A DNA stretch of 64,000 bases from a bacterium (lineage in GTDB: Bacteria > Elusimicrobiota > Elusimicrobia > UBA1565 > UBA9628). Under the pieces are notes generated by a model. It was not told the origin of the DNA. It saw nothing but the letters and a program-made list of their open reading frames with translations, and did not search any database. The DNA lies in contig JAJXVH010000003.1 of assembly GCA_021782205.1 (NCBI GenBank), positions 31,931-95,930 on the forward strand, written 5' to 3'. Every line of letters begins with the position of its first letter. The stretch's first letter is position 1. Made by a program: the position numbers and the translations under genes. Positions 11,935 through 24,200 of this stretch are shown here, piece by piece.

Positions 11935-12589
11935 AGGTGCTGGTCATTTCGCGCGACGCGGCCTGGGTGACGCGGCTGGGCAAGGTCGCGGAGCGCGGCG
12001 GCTGGCCCATCGAGGCGCGCGGCGAACTGCCCGCGCGCGGCGCGGGAGCCTTCGAGCGCGTGCTTGTCGTTCTGGACCGCTCTCTGGCCGGTGCCGTCCC
12101 CGCGCGCACGGTGGCCGCCCTGCGCGAGCTTTGTCCAGGCGCGTCGGTCGCCCTGGCCTGCGCGGAGCGCGAGGCCGGGCCGAACGTCGTGAGCGAGGCC
12201 CTGACCTCCGGAGCCGACGAGACCGTGCTTAAGTCCTGGAGCGACGACCGTCTGACCGCGCGCCTTTCGACTCTGCGCGACCGCGCGCTGGCGACGGACG
12301 CGCGCGTCAGCGCCGACGGCGGCCTTAGCCTCGACCGACGCGCGCGACGCGCGTACGCGCGCTCGCGTGCGGGCTGGCTGGCGCTGGACGTGACCGCGCC
12401 GGGCTTCGAACTGCTGTGGCGCCTGCTCGAGCACGAAGGCCGGCCGGTCAGCCGCGCGGAACTCGCGGACGCGTTGGACGCCGCGTTCGGACGGGAGGCC
12501 GGACCGGAAACCGTCTCACGGCGCATCCTCGCTCTGCGCCGCGCGCTGGCGCCGTGGCCCGGGACGGTCGAATCGGCGCGCGACGGACG

Positions 12590-13546
12590 CTATCGGCTGG
12601 TGTCGGCGCGTCGCCGATCCAGCACGTAGGCCGAGCCCGGGCGGGCTTTCGCCGTTTTTTTCAATTCCGCGCCGAGAGCGGCGACCTGGGCGAAACTGGC
12701 CAACGCGCGATCCCTGTTATGGCAGATGCCGATCGCGACCGACAGGAGCGGGAATTCCCGAACCACGCCCTGGCGGTCCTTGGCCACGATCGTGCCGCGC
12801 GCCCGGTCGGCCGGTGTGTAAAAGGATGGAACCAAGGCATCGAACGCCGCACAGATGCGCCGCGCGGCCTCCTCCATGCGCTCGGGCGTGGAGAGCGCGA
12901 TGAAGTCGTCGCCGCCGATGTGACCGATGAAGTCCACGGGTCCGCCGCCCCGCACCTCGTCGACGAGCACGCGGGCGATGGCGCGGATCACGCGGTCGCC
13001 GGCATCGTAGCCGTAGGCGTCATTGTAGGCCTTGAATTGGTTCAAGTCGGCGTAGAGCACCGCCAGCGGACGGTTTTCTGAAAGCGCGCGGTCGATGCGG
13101 GATTCGATCGACAAGTTTCCGGGCAGACGCGTCAGCGGGTTGGCGTCGAGGCCCTGGCGGGTGCGCTTGAGGATCATGCGGATGCGGGCCAGGAGCTCGC
13201 GCACGTCAACGGGCTTGGTGATGAAGTCGTCGGCGCCCAGGTCCAGCCCCTCGATCTTGTTCTCCCGCGTGGCCGCCGCCGACAGGATCACGACCGGCAG
13301 ATTCTCAAGCAGGGGATCGTCGCGCAGCGCCCGGCAGACGTCGAAGCCGGTGAGCTTGGGCATCTTGAGATCGAGCACGGCGATGTCGGGGGGGTCACGG
13401 CGGATGGACTCCAGCGCCGCCGCGCCGTCGCCGACGGCCGTCACCGCGTAGCCGGCGCGCTCCAGCGCGTCCTGCAGAGCCATGAGCAGGTCGGCCACGT
13501 CGTCGGCGATCAGAATACGGGCCGGATTGCGGTTGACCTCGGTCAC
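12590..13546 (-). CDS. response regulator with GGDEF-family output domain (REC-GGDEF; A-site reads GGDDF)
   Basis: 318 aa. REC domain: ILIADDV...DIAVLDLKMP...ILSA...GADDFITKP. GGDEF fold: LTRLPGN, YADLNQFKAYNDAYGYDAGD, GHIGGDDFIAL. Confidence 0.85.
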   Translation of the reverse strand: MTEVNRNPARILIADDVADLLMALQDALERAGYAVTAVGDGAAALESIRRDPPDIAVLDLKMPKLTGFDVCRALRDDPLLENLPVVILSAAATRENKIEGLDLGADDFITKPVDVRELLARIRMILKRTRQGLDANPLTRLPGNLSIESRIDRALSENRPLAVLYADLNQFKAYNDAYGYDAGDRVIRAIARVLVDEVRGGGPVDFIGHIGGDDFIALSTPERMEEAARRICAAFDALVPSFYTPADRARGTIVAKDRQGVVREFPLLSVAIGICHNRDRALASFAQVAALGAELKKTAKARPGSAYVLDRRRADTSR

Positions 13547-13576
13547 GGCCCTGAGAATACCCCATTTTCCGAAGAA

Positions 13577-13606
13577 TTGACAGGCCGCGGGCGTAATTCA
13601 TACAAT
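13577..13606 (+). promoter_or_regulatory. sigma70-like promoter of the atp operon (TTGACA-N18-TACAAT)
   Basis: TTGACA at 13577-13582 and TACAAT at 13601-13606, about 18 nt upstream of the atpZ ATG. Confidence 0.5.
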
Positions 13607-13623
13607 TACGTTTCGGCGACGAA

Positions 13624-13866
13624 ATGTCCGACCAGAAGAAGCCCGCCGACCGCGAACGCAGTGGCCTTGCCGTTGCGTTCATGATCGGCTGGGACCTGGT
13701 GGCCATTACGGGGCTGGCGTTCTTTATCGGCTACTGGATCGACGGACATTTCCGCACCTCCCCGTGGGGCGTGCTCCTGGTGACGATCGCGGGAATCTGC
13801 GGGGCTCTCTATCGACTTGTTAAGACGTTCAGTCCTCCGTCGGACGATGATTCGGGCCGCGGCTGA
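13624..13866 (+). CDS. atpZ: AtpZ/AtpI-family small membrane protein of the F-ATPase operon
   Basis: 80 aa with two TM helices. FMIGWDLVAITGLAFFIGYWIDGHF resembles the AtpZ family. First gene of the atp operon. Confidence 0.7.
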   Translation: MSDQKKPADRERSGLAVAFMIGWDLVAITGLAFFIGYWIDGHFRTSPWGVLLVTIAGICGALYRLVKTFSPPSDDDSGRG

Positions 13867-14212
13867 AGGAGCGGTGCTAGGCGTCGCGTTCGCGGCGGCG
13901 GCGGGAATGATTTGGACGCAGCCGGCGCTGGTGGCCGGAGTGAGGTTCGGCGTGGCGGCCGCGTGGGCCGCCTCGACGGCGAGCGTGACGTGGCTTCTTT
14001 GGGCACGAGAGCGCTCGACGGGGACGTTCTGGGGGGCGTTCGGCGGCGGGATGCTGCTACGCGCAAGCGTTCTGGGGGGCTTGTTCCTCTGGGGATTGCG
14101 CCGCGCGGGCACGTCGATGGAAGCCCTCCTGATTTCGTATGGATTGGCGTTGTTAGGGCTGCTGTTGACGCTGGAAATCAGACACCTGAGGCTGAGAACG
14201 GATGGACTTTGA
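13817..14212 (+). CDS. atpI: ATP synthase protein I-like hydrophobic protein
   Basis: 131 aa, 3-4 TM helices, positioned directly before atpB. The start is uncertain (overlaps the atpZ end). Confidence 0.5.
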   Translation: MLRRSVLRRTMIRAAAEGAVLGVAFAAAAGMIWTQPALVAGVRFGVAAAWAASTASVTWLLWARERSTGTFWGAFGGGMLLRASVLGGLFLWGLRRAGTSMEALLISYGLALLGLLLTLEIRHLRLRTDGL

Positions 14213-14954
14213 ACACGAGCTCGCGCATCACCTGATCGACCGCAAGCTTTTCCATTTTATGGTCGGCCCCCTCGACCTCGGCCTCTCGCCGCTGATTCTG
14301 ACGATGTGGGCCGCGTGCGCGTTCCTGATCGTTTCGCTGAGCATCGGCGCCCGCGCCAATGGCTCGTTTGCGCGCAGCGCGATGGAGCCTCTGGTGCTCT
14401 ATGTGCGCGACGAGATGGTCGAACCCATTTTCGGCCATCACACCGACATTTATCTCCCCTATTTCCTGACCCTCTTCTTTTTTCTTCTGGCCTGCAACTT
14501 TTTCGGCCTCATTCCCGGCGCCTCCGGCGTGACCGCGAACATCGCGGTGACCGCCTCACTGGCGATCTGCACCTTTCTGCTCATGCAGTTCGCGGGCGTC
14601 AAGGAACAGGGCCTGAGCTCCTACCTGGCGCACATTGTTCCATCCGGCGTGCCGTGGTGGCTGTGGCCCCTGCTGTTCGTCATCGAGACGTTCGGCATGG
14701 CCGCCAAATGCATCTCGCTCTCCATTCGTCTCTTCGCGAACATGCTGGCCGGCCACGTGGTGGTGCTTTCGTTCATTTCCTTGATTTTTATCTTTGCGCA
14801 GATGAGCCATGTCGCCGGCTACGGCGTGTCGCCGGCGGCGGTGGGCCTGGCGCTGTTCATCATGCTGATGGACGTGCTGGTGTCGGTCCTGCAGGCTTAT
14901 ATTTTCACGTTCTTGACCATACTGTTCGTCGGTTCGTCCGTACACCCGCACTGA
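14202..14954 (+). CDS. atpB: F0 ATP synthase subunit a
   Basis: 250 aa, polytopic. LSIRLFANMLAGH contains the conserved Arg of subunit a. Confidence 0.9.
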   Translation: MDFEHELAHHLIDRKLFHFMVGPLDLGLSPLILTMWAACAFLIVSLSIGARANGSFARSAMEPLVLYVRDEMVEPIFGHHTDIYLPYFLTLFFFLLACNFFGLIPGASGVTANIAVTASLAICTFLLMQFAGVKEQGLSSYLAHIVPSGVPWWLWPLLFVIETFGMAAKCISLSIRLFANMLAGHVVVLSFISLIFIFAQMSHVAGYGVSPAAVGLALFIMLMDVLVSVLQAYIFTFLTILFVGSSVHPH

Positions 14955-15028
14955 GACCGTTCTCCGCGCGGAGGTCGCACCCCGGCCGCCTTTCGGCGAT
15001 CCGGAGAAAGCCGTCAGGAGCTAAAGAA

Positions 15029-15319
15029 ATGGGTGGAATCGGAATGTCTTACCTCGGAGTCTTCATCGGCGTGGGCCTGGTCGTCATCGGCGCCGCCGCC
15101 GGCATCGGCAAGCTCGCCGCCTCCGCGCTGGAAGGCGCGGCACGCCAGCCCGAAGCCCTGGACAAGCTGCAGATCATGATGATCATCCCGGCCGCCATGA
15201 TCGAAGGCCTGGGCCTGCTGGCGCTCATCGTCGCGCTGCTCGCCGCGCTGGCGATCAACAAGGGCGTGCCCACCGCAGGCGCGGCGCAGGGCACGGCAGC
15301 GGAAGCCCCCGCTCACTGA
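15029..15319 (+). CDS. atpE: F0 ATP synthase subunit c
   Basis: 96-aa internal ORF of 14306..15319. GAAAGIGKLAASALEGAARQPE loop and ion-binding Glu in AAMIEGLGL. An alternative start lies at 15044. Confidence 0.9.
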   Translation: MGGIGMSYLGVFIGVGLVVIGAAAGIGKLAASALEGAARQPEALDKLQIMMIIPAAMIEGLGLLALIVALLAALAINKGVPTAGAAQGTAAEAPAH

Positions 15320-15326
15320 GGCACAG

Positions 15327-15362
15327 GGCCTCCGGGCGGCGCGCACGCGCCGCCCGGAGGCC
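15327..15362 (+). promoter_or_regulatory. perfect 16-bp GC-rich hairpin between atpE and atpF
   Basis: GGCCTCCGGGCGGCGC / GCGCCGCCCGGAGGCC with a 4-nt loop and no T-tract. Likely an intra-operon mRNA stabiliser or attenuator. Confidence 0.5.
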
Positions 15363-15398
15363 GCAATTTGAAGTTCATGGACGCAGGAGCGCAAACGA

Positions 15399-15908
15399 AT
15401 GGATAAGCTGATCGTCCCCGACACCGGACTGATGTTCTGGACCGTCGTCACCTTCTTCTTGCTGATGGTGATCCTGAAGAAAGCGGCGTGGGGACCCCTG
15501 CTCGCGGCCATCGAGGTGCGCGAGGGGCGCATCAAGGCCGACCGCGAGGGCGCCGAAAAAGCGCGCGCTGAAGCCGAGCGTATTCAAAAGGAGCTTGAGG
15601 CCCGCATGTCCGACGCGCAGTCTAAGAGCAAGGAACTGCTCGCCGCGGCCGCCAAGGACGGCGAGGCCCTGCGCGCGCGCCTCAAGGCCGAGGCCGAGGC
15701 CGACGCCCAGGCGATCAAGGACAAGACCGCCGCGGAACTGGTCGCCGAGAAGAACCGACTGGTCGCCGATCTGCGCAAAGAAGTGGCTTCCCTCTCCGTG
15801 CTGGCCGCCGAGAAGCTGATGCATAAGAGCATCGACGACGGCGTGCAGAAGACCGTGCTCGACGGCTTCTTCAAGGACCTCGAGACGTCCAAGGCGAGCA
15901 AAAACTGA
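15399..15908 (+). CDS. atpF: F0 ATP synthase subunit b
   Basis: 169 aa. One N-terminal TM helix followed by a long charged A/E/K-rich helix. Position in the operon fits. Confidence 0.85.
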   Translation: MDKLIVPDTGLMFWTVVTFFLLMVILKKAAWGPLLAAIEVREGRIKADREGAEKARAEAERIQKELEARMSDAQSKSKELLAAAAKDGEALRARLKAEAEADAQAIKDKTAAELVAEKNRLVADLRKEVASLSVLAAEKLMHKSIDDGVQKTVLDGFFKDLETSKASKN

Positions 15909-16435
15909 TGCAGTCCTCCGATCGCGTGCTGGCCGGACGCTATGCCGCAGCACTTTTCCAGGCCGCGTCCGCGAAATCCGAAGATCAGGCGGTCCAGGCG
16001 GATCTGGGCGTGGCGCGTGAACGCCTGCTGAGCCGGGACGCCCTGCTGCGCCATCCGCGCGTGCCAATCGTCGACAAGAAAAATCTCGCGGGCGCGGAGC
16101 TGGGGAAGGTTGGGGCTACGACGGCTCGCTTCATCTCCCTGCTGATCGAAAAGAAGCGCTATGAGCTTTTCCCGATGATCGCCGCGATGTACGCGCGCCT
16201 GGCCGCGGAGAAGCGCGGAGTGGTCAAGGCCGTCGTGCGCAGCGCGCGGCCGCTGCCGGCCGACGCGCAGAAGACGCTGGCCGCGCGCCTGAAAGCTTTC
16301 GTCGGCAAAGACGTCGAGATCGAAGTCAAAGAGGACCCAGAGCTGATCGGCGGCGTCGCCGTGAAGATCGGCGACTGGGCCCTCGATTCCAGCCTGCGGG
16401 GCCAACTGCGCCGCATGAGAGAGAGCATCCAATAA
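15908..16435 (+). CDS. atpH: F1 ATP synthase subunit delta
   Basis: 175 aa. [10 protein letters not shown] start and [21 protein letters not shown] end are typical of OSCP/delta. Confidence 0.85.
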   Translation: MQSSDRVLAGRYAAALFQAASAKSEDQAVQADLGVARERLLSRDALLRHPRVPIVDKKNLAGAELGKVGATTARFISLLIEKKRYELFPMIAAMYARLAAEKRGVVKAVVRSARPLPADAQKTLAARLKAFVGKDVEIEVKEDPELIGGVAVKIGDWALDSSLRGQLRRMRESIQ

Positions 16436-16436
16436 A

Positions 16437-17944
<1,508 letters not shown>

Positions 17945-17948
<4 letters not shown>

Positions 17949-18409
17949 TCGCGAGAACGTCGGCCGTTCTATTGATCCTGGCGACGTCCGCGACGCTGGC
18001 TGCGTCGCAATCGGCGACGGCGCCCGTCGCGACGCGTCCGCGCGCCATACCCAAGCCCGGAATGATCGATCGTTCGCTGATCGACGACGTCAACGCCATG
18101 GACGAGCCCAACCTCGTGGCGGTATTTGCCTACGTCCCGCTGGCGCACCAGCCCGCCGCTCTGGCCGAACTTCTGACGCGCGACCACCGCGGCCTCAAGC
18201 GCTACGCCGACAAGCTCAACCGCGACATGCAGGCAGCGGGCGGCGTCACGGATTGGGACCATGAGGTTTGCGCCGTACTCGTCGACCGCTTCGAGACCGT
18301 CTCCGACCGCAGCGGCCTGCCCGACAAGAAGCGCATGTCCATCATCAACGAGTGCATCCTGTCGCGCGTCGTCCCTTTCGCCGAGCTTATGATCAAGAGG
18401 AGCCGATGA
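17945..18409 (+). CDS. hypothetical secreted protein inserted in the atp operon
   Basis: 154-aa internal ORF of 17192..18409. ATGA overlap with the atpA stop. Signal peptide [24 protein letters not shown]. Confidence 0.55.
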
Positions 18410-19323
18410 GGGCGCTGGTCACCGGCGGCGCGGGCTTTGTCGGCTCCAACCTGTGCTGGGAGCTGTCCGCACGCGGGTGGGACGTCGTGGCGCTCGACGA
18501 CATGTCCAACGGCGTCTTTCAAAATCTTCAGGGCTTTCCCGGCGACGTCGTCGCCGCCGACGTGGGAGACACGGCTTATTGGGCGCCGCGCGTCGGCAAG
18601 GTGGACGCCGTTTTCCACCAGGCCGCGATCACCGACACGACGGTGACCGACCAGAAGCTCATGATGCGTGTCAACGTCGAGGCTTTCCGAGACCTCTTGG
18701 GTTGGGCGGCGAAGGCGAAGGTGAAGAAGGTCGTCTATGCCTCGTCGGCGGCGACCTACGGCGATCTGCCCGTCCCGCACCGGGAAGACGCCACTCCGAA
18801 GCCTTTGAACGTGTATGGATTTTCGAAGGCGGTCATGGAGACCGTCGCCGCCGAGGCCAAAGGCGTCAAGGCCGTCGGCCTGCGCTATTTCAATGTGTTC
18901 GGCCCGCGCGAGACGCATAAAGGCAAATACGCGAGCATGATTTGGCAGTTGTCCTTGCAAATGCGCGCAGGGCGCCGCCCGCGCATCTTCGAATTCGGCG
19001 AGCAGTACCGCGACCACATCTACGTGAAAGACGTCGTCGACGCGAACATCAAAGCCTTTGAGAAAGGCGCGCCCGGCGTCTACAACTGCTGCACCGGCCG
19101 CAAGACGGATTTCAACGCGATCGTCGCCGCGCTCAACGAGGCGCTGGGCGCGAAGTTGGCGCCGGACTATTTCAAGAATCCCTACTCGTTCTACCAGAAC
19201 GAAACGTTGGGCGACCCCGCGAAGGCGCGCAAGGCCTTCGGCTTCGCCGCGCAATGGACGCCGGAGCGCGGGATCGCGGATTATATCGGCGGCGGTCGAA
19301 AGGCCGCGGCCGTCGAGGTCTAA
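18406..19323 (+). CDS. hldD: NAD-dependent epimerase, ADP-L-glycero-D-manno-heptose 6-epimerase (HldD/RfaD)-like
   Basis: 305-aa internal ORF of 18268..19323 with ATGA overlap upstream. VTGGAGFVGSN, YASSAATYG, PLNVYGFSK and RYFNVFGPRETHKG match HldD landmarks. Confidence 0.8.
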   Translation: MRALVTGGAGFVGSNLCWELSARGWDVVALDDMSNGVFQNLQGFPGDVVAADVGDTAYWAPRVGKVDAVFHQAAITDTTVTDQKLMMRVNVEAFRDLLGWAAKAKVKKVVYASSAATYGDLPVPHREDATPKPLNVYGFSKAVMETVAAEAKGVKAVGLRYFNVFGPRETHKGKYASMIWQLSLQMRAGRRPRIFEFGEQYRDHIYVKDVVDANIKAFEKGAPGVYNCCTGRKTDFNAIVAALNEALGAKLAPDYFKNPYSFYQNETLGDPAKARKAFGFAAQWTPERGIADYIGGGRKAAAVEV

Positions 19324-19324
19324 C

Positions 19325-20224
19325 ATGGCTTCCCTCAGAGAGCTGCGCAGCAAGATCAAGTCAACGAAGTCCACCGAGCAGATCACCAAGGCCATGAAGA
19401 TGGTTGCGGCGGCGCGTATGCGCAAGTCCCAGCTCGCCATCCTGGCCGCACGGCCGTTCGCGACGAAGATGGAGCATCTGGTCCGCGAGTTGGCGCTTCT
19501 GCAGGAGCGCGCGGACATCGCCGCCGGCGGCGCTTCCACACTGCATCCTTTTTTCCACAAGAAGGTCGGCGGCGCGCCGTTGCTGGTGATCGTCGCCGGC
19601 GACAAGGGCCTGTGCGGCGCGTTCAACGGCAACGTCCTGCGCGCGGCGCTGGACTGGTTCCGAGAACGGCAGGGCCGCAAGACGTACTGCATCGTCGTCG
19701 GCCGCAAGGGCCGGGACATGGTCCACCGCCTGCGCGGCCACGACATTGAAGTCCTGAGCGAACTCGTCGGCATTTTCCCGAAAATCTCTTTCACGCACGC
19801 GGACCTGCTCGGCCAGGCCGTGATCGACGCCTACCTCAAGGGCGGCGCCTCGACGGTGACCGTTCTCTACAACGAGTTCAAGTCGGTCGCTCAACAGAAG
19901 CTGCTCCACGCGCGGCTCCTGCCCATTCCCGCGCCCGAAGTCGTTCCTGATTCCGTCGCGCTACCCGATTACGGCTTCGAGCCGGGGCGTCCGCAACTGA
20001 TGGCGGCGCTTCTGCCTCGCGTGATCAAGGCGCAGCTATACCGGATACTTCTGGAGTCGCAAGCGGCGGAGCTGGCCGCGCGCATGAACGCGATGGACTC
20101 GGCATCGAAGAACGCCAAGGAGCTGCGCGAGTCGTACGTGCTGGACGCCAACCGCACCCGCCAGGCGATGATCACCAAGGAAATCGCGGAACTGGTGGGC
20201 GGCGCGGAAGCCCTCGCGGGCTGA
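19325..20224 (+). CDS. atpG: F1 ATP synthase subunit gamma
   Basis: 299-aa internal ORF of 19058..20224. MASLRELRSKIKSTKSTEQITKAMKMVAAA... and C-terminal RQAMITKEIAELVGGAEAL. Confidence 0.93.
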   Translation: MASLRELRSKIKSTKSTEQITKAMKMVAAARMRKSQLAILAARPFATKMEHLVRELALLQERADIAAGGASTLHPFFHKKVGGAPLLVIVAGDKGLCGAFNGNVLRAALDWFRERQGRKTYCIVVGRKGRDMVHRLRGHDIEVLSELVGIFPKISFTHADLLGQAVIDAYLKGGASTVTVLYNEFKSVAQQKLLHARLLPIPAPEVVPDSVALPDYGFEPGRPQLMAALLPRVIKAQLYRILLESQAAELAARMNAMDSASKNAKELRESYVLDANRTRQAMITKEIAELVGGAEALAG

Positions 20225-20241
20225 GAATTTCAAGGAGACCC

Positions 20242-21985
<1,744 letters not shown>

Positions 21986-21998
21986 GCCGGAGAATTCC

Positions 21999-22433
21999 AT
22001 GCCCGACAAACGCCTGACGCTTGAGCTGATCACGCCGGAGAAGGTCGCCTGGTCCGCGTCCGCGGACTTCGTCGTCCTGCCGGCGTTCGAAGGGGAGATG
22101 GGCGTGCTTCCCGGACACCAGCCGTTCCTGGTGCAGCTAACGGCAGGAGAGGTGCGCGTCACCGATAACGGACAGGTTAAGAGCTTCGCTGTGTCCGGGG
22201 GGTTTGCCGAGGTCAAGGACGACGAGGTTTCTCTTTTCGCGGAAACGGCGGAAGCCGCCGAGCTCATCGACGCCGAACGCGCACACCAGGCGCTGGAGCG
22301 CGTCAAGCGCGCCTCCGCGCAGGTGGGAATCGATTCCCTGCAGTCGGCGGAGATGGAGGCGGCCATGCGCCGCGCTCGGACGCGCCTGCATGTGTCGCGC
22401 CGCGTCCGGACCGTGCCGCCGCACATCGGCTAG
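21999..22433 (+). CDS. atpC: F1 ATP synthase subunit epsilon
   Basis: 144 aa. LELITPEKV...GEMGVLPGHQPFL is typical of epsilon. Confidence 0.9.
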   Translation: MPDKRLTLELITPEKVAWSASADFVVLPAFEGEMGVLPGHQPFLVQLTAGEVRVTDNGQVKSFAVSGGFAEVKDDEVSLFAETAEAAELIDAERAHQALERVKRASAQVGIDSLQSAEMEAAMRRARTRLHVSRRVRTVPPHIG

Positions 22434-22493
22434 ACGTTATGCGCCCTTCCTCAACACGTCTGCGCCGCGTCCGAAGGATCGCGATGAGCGGTC

Positions 22494-22988
22494 ATGAGTC
22501 CATCTAAAGACCGCACGCGCGGGGGATTTAAGGCGCCGCCGCCCCCGCCAATCGACGGCAACCATTCGAAGGTGATCCGCAAGGCTGCGGGGGCGTTCGA
22601 GTGGAAGGACGTGCCACTGGAGCCGTACAAGACGGACACCGCGAACTACAAGGGCATATCACGCCGCGAACTCGTCGGCAAGCGCGGCGAGTCGGCGAAA
22701 TTTCACGTCCGCTATTTCGAAATCCAGCCCGGCGGTCACTCCACGCTGGAAAAGCACGAGCACGAGCACGTCGTCATCCCCATGCGGGGCGTGGGTGAGG
22801 CCCAGGCTGGTTGCTACGTCTGGACCGTCGGCGTCGGCGACGTCGTCTACGTCTCCCCCTCGGACCCGCATCAATTTCGCTGCCCCGAAGGCGCCACGGA
22901 GCCGTTCGGCTTCCTGTGCATCGTCAACTCCGAGCGCGACCGGCCGTCGCCGGTCGACGGACTGGGCGTCTGTCATATCTGCGAATAG
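22494..22988 (+). CDS. cupin-domain protein
   Basis: 164 aa. Cupin motif 1 PGGHSTLEKHEHEHVV and motif 2 GDVVYVSPSDPHQF. Cys-rich tail GLGVCHICE. Confidence 0.7.
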   Translation: MSPSKDRTRGGFKAPPPPPIDGNHSKVIRKAAGAFEWKDVPLEPYKTDTANYKGISRRELVGKRGESAKFHVRYFEIQPGGHSTLEKHEHEHVVIPMRGVGEAQAGCYVWTVGVGDVVYVSPSDPHQFRCPEGATEPFGFLCIVNSERDRPSPVDGLGVCHICE

Positions 22989-23003
22989 CGGCCTTCGGGC
23001 AAA

Positions 23004-24179
23004 GTGTATAATCGGCCCGTGAACCAACCCCGCCACCCGGAAGATCTCCGGCTTGTTCTCAAGCAGCTTTCGCAGTGGGTCGACGCGGGCGTCGGCCGCC
23101 TGAAAGGCCGGGAGAACGAGACGCCGATCCGCGAGTTCCACCTGGAGCTTACCCATCGTTGCGACCTGAAGTGCGTGATGTGCCATCACTGGGAGATGCC
23201 CGCCAATGATCCCGACTCCGTGGGCCGAGAGCTTTCCGTCGAGGATATCCGCCGCTTTGTCTCGCAGTCGAAACTATTGGACAGCGTCCGCTTCGTGGCC
23301 GTGACCGGGGGCGAGCCGCTGATGCGCCCGGAGGCCGTCGAAATCATCGCCTTTCTGCGCGGGCATTTCCGCGAAGCCTCCGTGGGCCTGCTGACCAATT
23401 TCTGGAACTCGGGACTGCTACGACGGCGGCTCACGGAATTAAAGGACCTCGGCGTCGAAGACCTCTGGCTGGGGTCTTCCCTGGACGGGCTTGGCGCCAC
23501 GCACGATGCCATCCGCGGACAGGCCGGAGCCTTCGCGGGCTTCGAGAGAACTTTGGACATGCTACGCCGGGATTTCCCGCAGCTCCGGCTGACCGTGAAT
23601 TTCACGATCATCCCGCGCAACAGCTCGGAAATATTCGCCGTCTATCGGTGGGCGCAGGAACGGGAACTGGGGTTCGGATGTCAGCTGGTCGTCAATCACG
23701 AAGGCTTTCAGGCGCCGAAGACTTTCCGTTGGTCCGACGCCGAACTGGATGTCGTCGAAAGCCAGGTGGACTTGATCCTCGAGGACATCTGCGTCTCTCA
23801 AAAGGCTCTGCAGCGGCTGGTGACCCAGCCGGGACGTGAATCCCAATGGCTCTGGAACCGGATCCTGTTCTGGTGGTACCTGCGCAAGCACGGCCGCGGC
23901 GGTCCGCGCTTCTTTGACGACTGCATGGCCGGACGTCGTTACGCGATGTTCGACCCCGAAGGCAACCTTTTCTTCTGCCCGGTCAATAAGCACAAACAGG
24001 TGGGCAACGTGCGCGACACCCCGTTCGACGAGCTTTGGACTGGGCCGCGCGCGCGCGCGCTGGCCGGCGAAATGGTGCCGTGCCAGTGCCGCTGCTGGCT
24101 AAACTGCATCGCCAACCCCGTTCTCGACCGCGTGATGGAAGCCGCGTTCGATGAGACCACGCCCACGTCCGCGAGCTGA
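23004..24179 (+). CDS. radical SAM enzyme with C-terminal SPASM/twitch-like Cys cluster
   Basis: 391 aa. CxxxCxxC (HRCDLKCVMCHHW), GGEPLMRP, and a C-terminal Cys-rich region (FFCPVNKH...CQCRCWLNC). Confidence 0.85.
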   Translation: MYNRPVNQPRHPEDLRLVLKQLSQWVDAGVGRLKGRENETPIREFHLELTHRCDLKCVMCHHWEMPANDPDSVGRELSVEDIRRFVSQSKLLDSVRFVAVTGGEPLMRPEAVEIIAFLRGHFREASVGLLTNFWNSGLLRRRLTELKDLGVEDLWLGSSLDGLGATHDAIRGQAGAFAGFERTLDMLRRDFPQLRLTVNFTIIPRNSSEIFAVYRWAQERELGFGCQLVVNHEGFQAPKTFRWSDAELDVVESQVDLILEDICVSQKALQRLVTQPGRESQWLWNRILFWWYLRKHGRGGPRFFDDCMAGRRYAMFDPEGNLFFCPVNKHKQVGNVRDTPFDELWTGPRARALAGEMVPCQCRCWLNCIANPVLDRVMEAAFDETTPTSAS

Positions 24180-24200
24180 CAAAGATCGACACCCGCGCCG

